Shown: positions 59,503 to 64,000 of the stretch, piece by piece
Layout: every line of letters begins with the position of its first letter
Position numbering within the stretch: the first letter of the stretch is position 1
NCBI GenBank assembly: GCA_003344405.1
Contig: NOWV01000017.1
Location: 310,001-374,000 of the forward strand
Direction of reading: 5' to 3'
DNA: 64,000 nucleotides
From: Trichoplax sp. H2
Taxonomy: Eukaryota
The notes under the pieces: generated by a model
Told to the model about the DNA's origin: nothing
Database searches by the model: none
Seen by the model: only the letters and a program-made list of their open reading frames with translations
Made by a program: the position numbers and the translations under genes

Positions 59503-62500
59503 GGTTACAGCTCGCTGTTCGTTCTTCTTTTTTCTCCCTTGTTAATTAATTTCGATCGTTATCTAATTAATGGCTACAGGTCGATCACTCTAGCCTAGTA
59601 ATAATCGCCAAGCTGAAGCGAGATAAAATAAGGAGAGAGAATCAATTGCACTTCACACCCTTCAAGTTAAATTTGGCAATAGCACTGTGCGCACTTTCCA
59701 GTCTAATAGCTTCAAAATAAATAACAACAACGCCGTTAGGGGTTCAATTTAAGGCAATTCTTGCTCAAGCCAACACGATTTTGCGTTGAACCGTGTGGTC
59801 TAAAAGGTCTCTAGTCGACAGTATCTGTCCGGTAATGGTGTTGTTACCACAGTACTGTACCCATACGGTAGTATCACCCCCGGTTGACAGGATGCCATAG
59901 GATGGTTCTCGGTGATACTAGAATCCTTATTTGGGACGCTGTGTACAGTACCGGGTAAAAAACATTACGTCATGATGATCCGATTGGCTACTCAAAACGA
60001 TTACTGACAACATTGTTTATATTAGGAAAGGAACTATTGACCAGCAGTAGAAGACGAATTAATAATGGTTTGACAACAAGAGAAATGGCCAGACATGGAA
60101 GATTCTCGTATTACTTTTGATAATAGAATTCCTTTCCTGTTTATTGATAGTCTAAAAGCAGTATAATATGGAGAGGGATATGCATTTGACGGATTTGCAG
60201 GTATCAATCACTGGAATAAAACCCTCTCCAGTAAAAGATACTCGTTCGATGCTCAGTCTTGAGGATAATATTACTTTTCCTATTTGATACCCATACTACT
60301 CATTTTATAAATAAATAAGCGATCCCGGTATGCCACAGAGATTGATTAGTAATTGGTTAACGCCAATAACATGTTTAGCTTAAATCATCATCCTATAGCT
60401 ATTTTTAGGATCATCAATTCTGATAACAAGTCCCTTTAAATCACTTCGTAGTGAATATGGATAAATTTAGATATGACGTTGCTATCGTACAGTAGTATAC
60501 TCGTCTTAGCTTTACGATTGTAGAAGAAAAGCTCTGTTGTACTGTACATGACAAAGGTAGAAGAAAGCTTGATTTCATGCAGAAAAGGTTTTGCACGATT
60601 GACAGGTATACAGTAATTAGAGCGATATTAGAGAGAAATGGACTCATGATAGATAGCCTGTGAACACTTACTCGTATACTTTATAAAGTAGATATTGGTA
60701 TTGTACCCTTTCACGGTGCTGTCTGATTATTTCATTACTCTATACAGTATATACCTTAGTTGGACCGTGATATATATATATACAGTATACCATACTGTTT
60801 TGGAAGGGACTAATCCCTGGACTGGTAGATATGAGCATTGAATATTGACATCATATTCAATTTTTTAATTTTCGATTATGAGCAGTTTTTATAACGGCTA
60901 CTATCATTATAGAGCTCGTTATCAATCATTTTTCCAAACTGAATCACACTACTGTTTCAAATTCAAATATTAATTTGCGTTATCAGTGTATAAAGCAATC
61001 ATCGATCTTGTCAAACAGTCTACATGGACTTCTGGACATATCAGTGCATATAAAAGTCCATGACTACACAGTATCAGTAATCACAAGTCAGTGCAGCTAA
61101 ATAATCAAAACGTAGTGTTTTTTTTATTATTACAACCCAAATTTTCGACGCTAAATAGGTAGCTAAGTTAATTATTTCTAAACGCTGGGCTATCAAGGAT
61201 AGGCTAAAAGTTTCAAACCGTAGGAATGAGTAAAGTAATTATAAGTCTAGACAATTTTGATCAGGGTTGTTATTTTAAAAGGTAAAGGGCCTAGGGAAAA
61301 TAGCAAGATTCCGCGATGGGGTAGGGGAAAAAATCTTTCCTCTTGAAGGATATCTCTAATACGATTGGTATTTAGCGTGTATTCATTGTAAGTGGTCGAG
61401 AAACATAACCAATGTCGTAGTATGTGGATTAAAACGGTTCGAAATTGTCACTAAGAATCGTGCAAAATTTCGTTATTATGGGCGTTACTCCTTGTTAACT
61501 GGACTTAAGTTAAAGTAGTAGTCAGTATCAGTACAGTATTCAAACAGATATCCAATGCTCTCTGTCATACTATATACTCCATGCAGTCAAGGACTACTAG
61601 AAAAAAAAGGAATCCTTTTTCTAGTCTGCCAAATCAATATCATAGATCATATCACGTCACGATTTAAGAAATTATAAATAATTCCCTATAAATAAAGATC
61701 CCTGCTTCATAACTAGTACATTAAATTACGACCAGCACAATATTGTCAGCGTAGGGTCATTTGTGGTCAGGCAACGACAGCTTGACCCATAGAGATCGAA
61801 GAAAATCATGTTCTTCTCTATAATCTATAAGTCAAGCTGTTCCATGGGCCTACTCGATGTAATTTCTAGTTTATCGTAGTCCATGGCTGTTTACCATCAT
61901 CATGGCGCACAGTGAGTACCAGGGATATTTTAACACGAAAAATGATGTCATAGTTTTAATTAATTAATTGATTCATCTAATACTATTACAGTAGTATCGC
62001 ATTCAACGTTTGAAGACGGCGGACAGATGAAGGACGCATGTCGACGATTGTACAATACAACTGGACTACAGAAATCGACTACAGCAGTAAGTTAGTTTCT
62101 ACTAAAGGAATCGACTTTTCATTGACAAAAATGCCAGGCCAACCTTTTTACTGTTCATTTTACTATAGCTGAAGACTAGAACCGTATAACCTACTGTAGC
62201 TAACCCATTTGGAGGCTACTTTTCCATTTATGATATTGAAAAATCGTTTCCTATCCCCCTCTCTCTTCTAATCGTGTCGAAGTTGCTGACCTTGTCAAGT
62301 TGAGTGGCCGAGTGTACAGTGTACAGTCCACAATACTGTACACATTCTCATACTGTACACTGTACAGTACACCAATGTCCAATCGCCACAACAGGACACT
62401 CACTACTAGACTAACTCCTGTTCTTGTACGCAAGCACAAGCCTCAAAACCTCATTACAAGTAAACGTTGCACTACGATCTGCGATCCCTTTTTCAAGGCT

Positions 62501-62569
62501 TGAGCAATAATTGAAAATAATAATCGTGGTAATCGATCCACTTGCACTCTCTTGAATAGTAAAAAAGAA

Positions 62570-63179
62570 ATGGCTGCTGCTAATTTATTAGCTACACTGA
62601 CTGCTCCGTCGGAGATCAACAGTCTAAGTTTCTCACCTGTACGTAACTTATTAGCTATTGCTTATGGGAATAAAACAGTTGGCATTTACGATGTCAATGG
62701 CAAGGAGATCGGAGAAAATCCCATCTCTCCCTTAATTGGCCATACTTATGCGGTCAATACATGTTGTTTTTCATCCTTTGGTACCATGTTAGCGTCGGGC
62801 GCTACAGATTATGCCGTCTGTTTATGGGATATTAAATCGGGTGGTAATATCGCTTCATTTGAAAATCATACCAATGCCATACGTAAAGTGGTCTTTTCAC
62901 CCAATTCCTCCTTGTTAGCATCAGCATCAGGCGATCAAACCATCAAAGTTTGGGAAATGTCACGAAGAAAATTACTACGATCATTACAAGGCCATGATAC
63001 AACCGTTAATACGTGTTGCTTTACACCGGATAGTAATTATATTGTATCAGGTGCATTTGATGGCCATATTAAATTATGGCAAGCCTCCTCTGGCCGTTGT
63101 TTACAGACTGAGTTTGATTGCCACGATTTAGGCGTTAATGATTGCCAGTTCTCTCCTACTTTTGGATCAGCATCTGAAG
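62570..63179 (+). CDS. WDSUB1: WD repeat, SAM and U-box domain protein 1, first coding exon; the gene continues beyond this exon, probably past the window end
   Basis: WD40 repeats carrying the WDSUB1-like strings SPLIGHTYAVNTCCFS and HDLGVNDCQFS. Donor GAAG|GTAAC at 63179/63180. The SAM and U-box domains are not visible in the window. Confidence 0.8.
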
Positions 63180-64000
63180 GTAACTTAGACACCAATAACC
63201 TGGAACAACAGGATCAACTCGGTACAGCATAAAATTAGCTATAGTTTAGTCGCTATCTACACATACACTTCAATTCCAGTTGCTATCATAACACGATCAT
63301 TTTTGTCGATACAGACAACATCCGATAGCAGTAGAAATCCTAAAAACATGTACAGTGCGGCGGTACAATAATTGCCCAATCATTAATTTATATTGATTAA
63401 CGGATCGACCAACTTGATACGCCCATATTACTCTAAATTGATTATACTACTTTATACCCGTTTATTAATGGCATAATCTTCTTTTTAGTACAGTACAACA
63501 AAGTACTACAGTACCGGAAAAAAAATGACACAACGTTGTTGTTCGTCCTAACCCTAAATACGAAGCATAGTAATTGTGTGATGGCCATCGTCAATGAATT
63601 CATTCTCATATAAATGAAAGTTGGCAAATATGCCTACGATAGACGAATACATTGCTCGATGATCCATCAATCAATCAAATACAATACAGTATACTACTCA
63701 CTGTGTACTACGGCATATCCAAGTAGATTACATATGTAGAAATTCGACTTAAAGAGCAGCTAGAAAGTGTAGTAAAATTTCTATTCATCAACGATACATT
63801 AAATCCTACGTACTCTAAACTATCTTATATTATATTCCATTTTAAGAGCCATAATACGTAATCAATATACTCTTGACAAACAATTGCGTTATATTATTGA
63901 TGGATTCGTGTTTGTTTTGATTTAATGATGGAATAGCAGCCAGTATTACAAGATCAATCTCTTTAATAGTAACTTGAAGTTGTCTACCATTCCTTATTCA

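Noticed and set aside
59859-59910. 10-bp inverted repeat TAGTATCACC..GGTGATACTA upstream of the SKICH gene
   Set aside because: A single short instance with no second copy seen, so it cannot be distinguished from chance.

Overview
Eukaryotic, AT-rich, gene-dense animal genomic DNA with many short GT-AG introns. The architecture resembles a placozoan (Trichoplax-like) genome, but that is my inference and is not verified. Gene order: TOPBP1 (+, 5' end upstream of the window); a ~215-bp tandem array; a triplicated hairpin element; HIGD1A-like (-) head-to-head with RPL23 (+); V-ATPase a subunit (-); MRM2 (-); PDK (-); PDK (+); METAP1D (-); V-ATPase a subunit (+); an intronless SKICH/coiled-coil/UBZ autophagy receptor of the TAX1BP1/CALCOCO family (-); and the first coding exon of WDSUB1 (+). 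Main observations: (1) the two ATP6V0A and two PDK genes form an ancient ~35-kb mirror-symmetric inverted duplication centred near 38.5 kb; (2) the abundant mixed TACAGTA/TACTGTA (and TACCGTA/TACGGTA) tracts look like stacked Tc1/mariner excision footprints, supported by 5-nt-unit indels between local duplicates and a TA-flanked MITE with CAGTG termini; (3) the TOPBP1 ATR-activation motif has Tyr where vertebrates have Trp; (4) HRE-like sites lie next to the PDK and HIGD1A genes. Gene models were spliced by eye, so internal exon limits are approximate.
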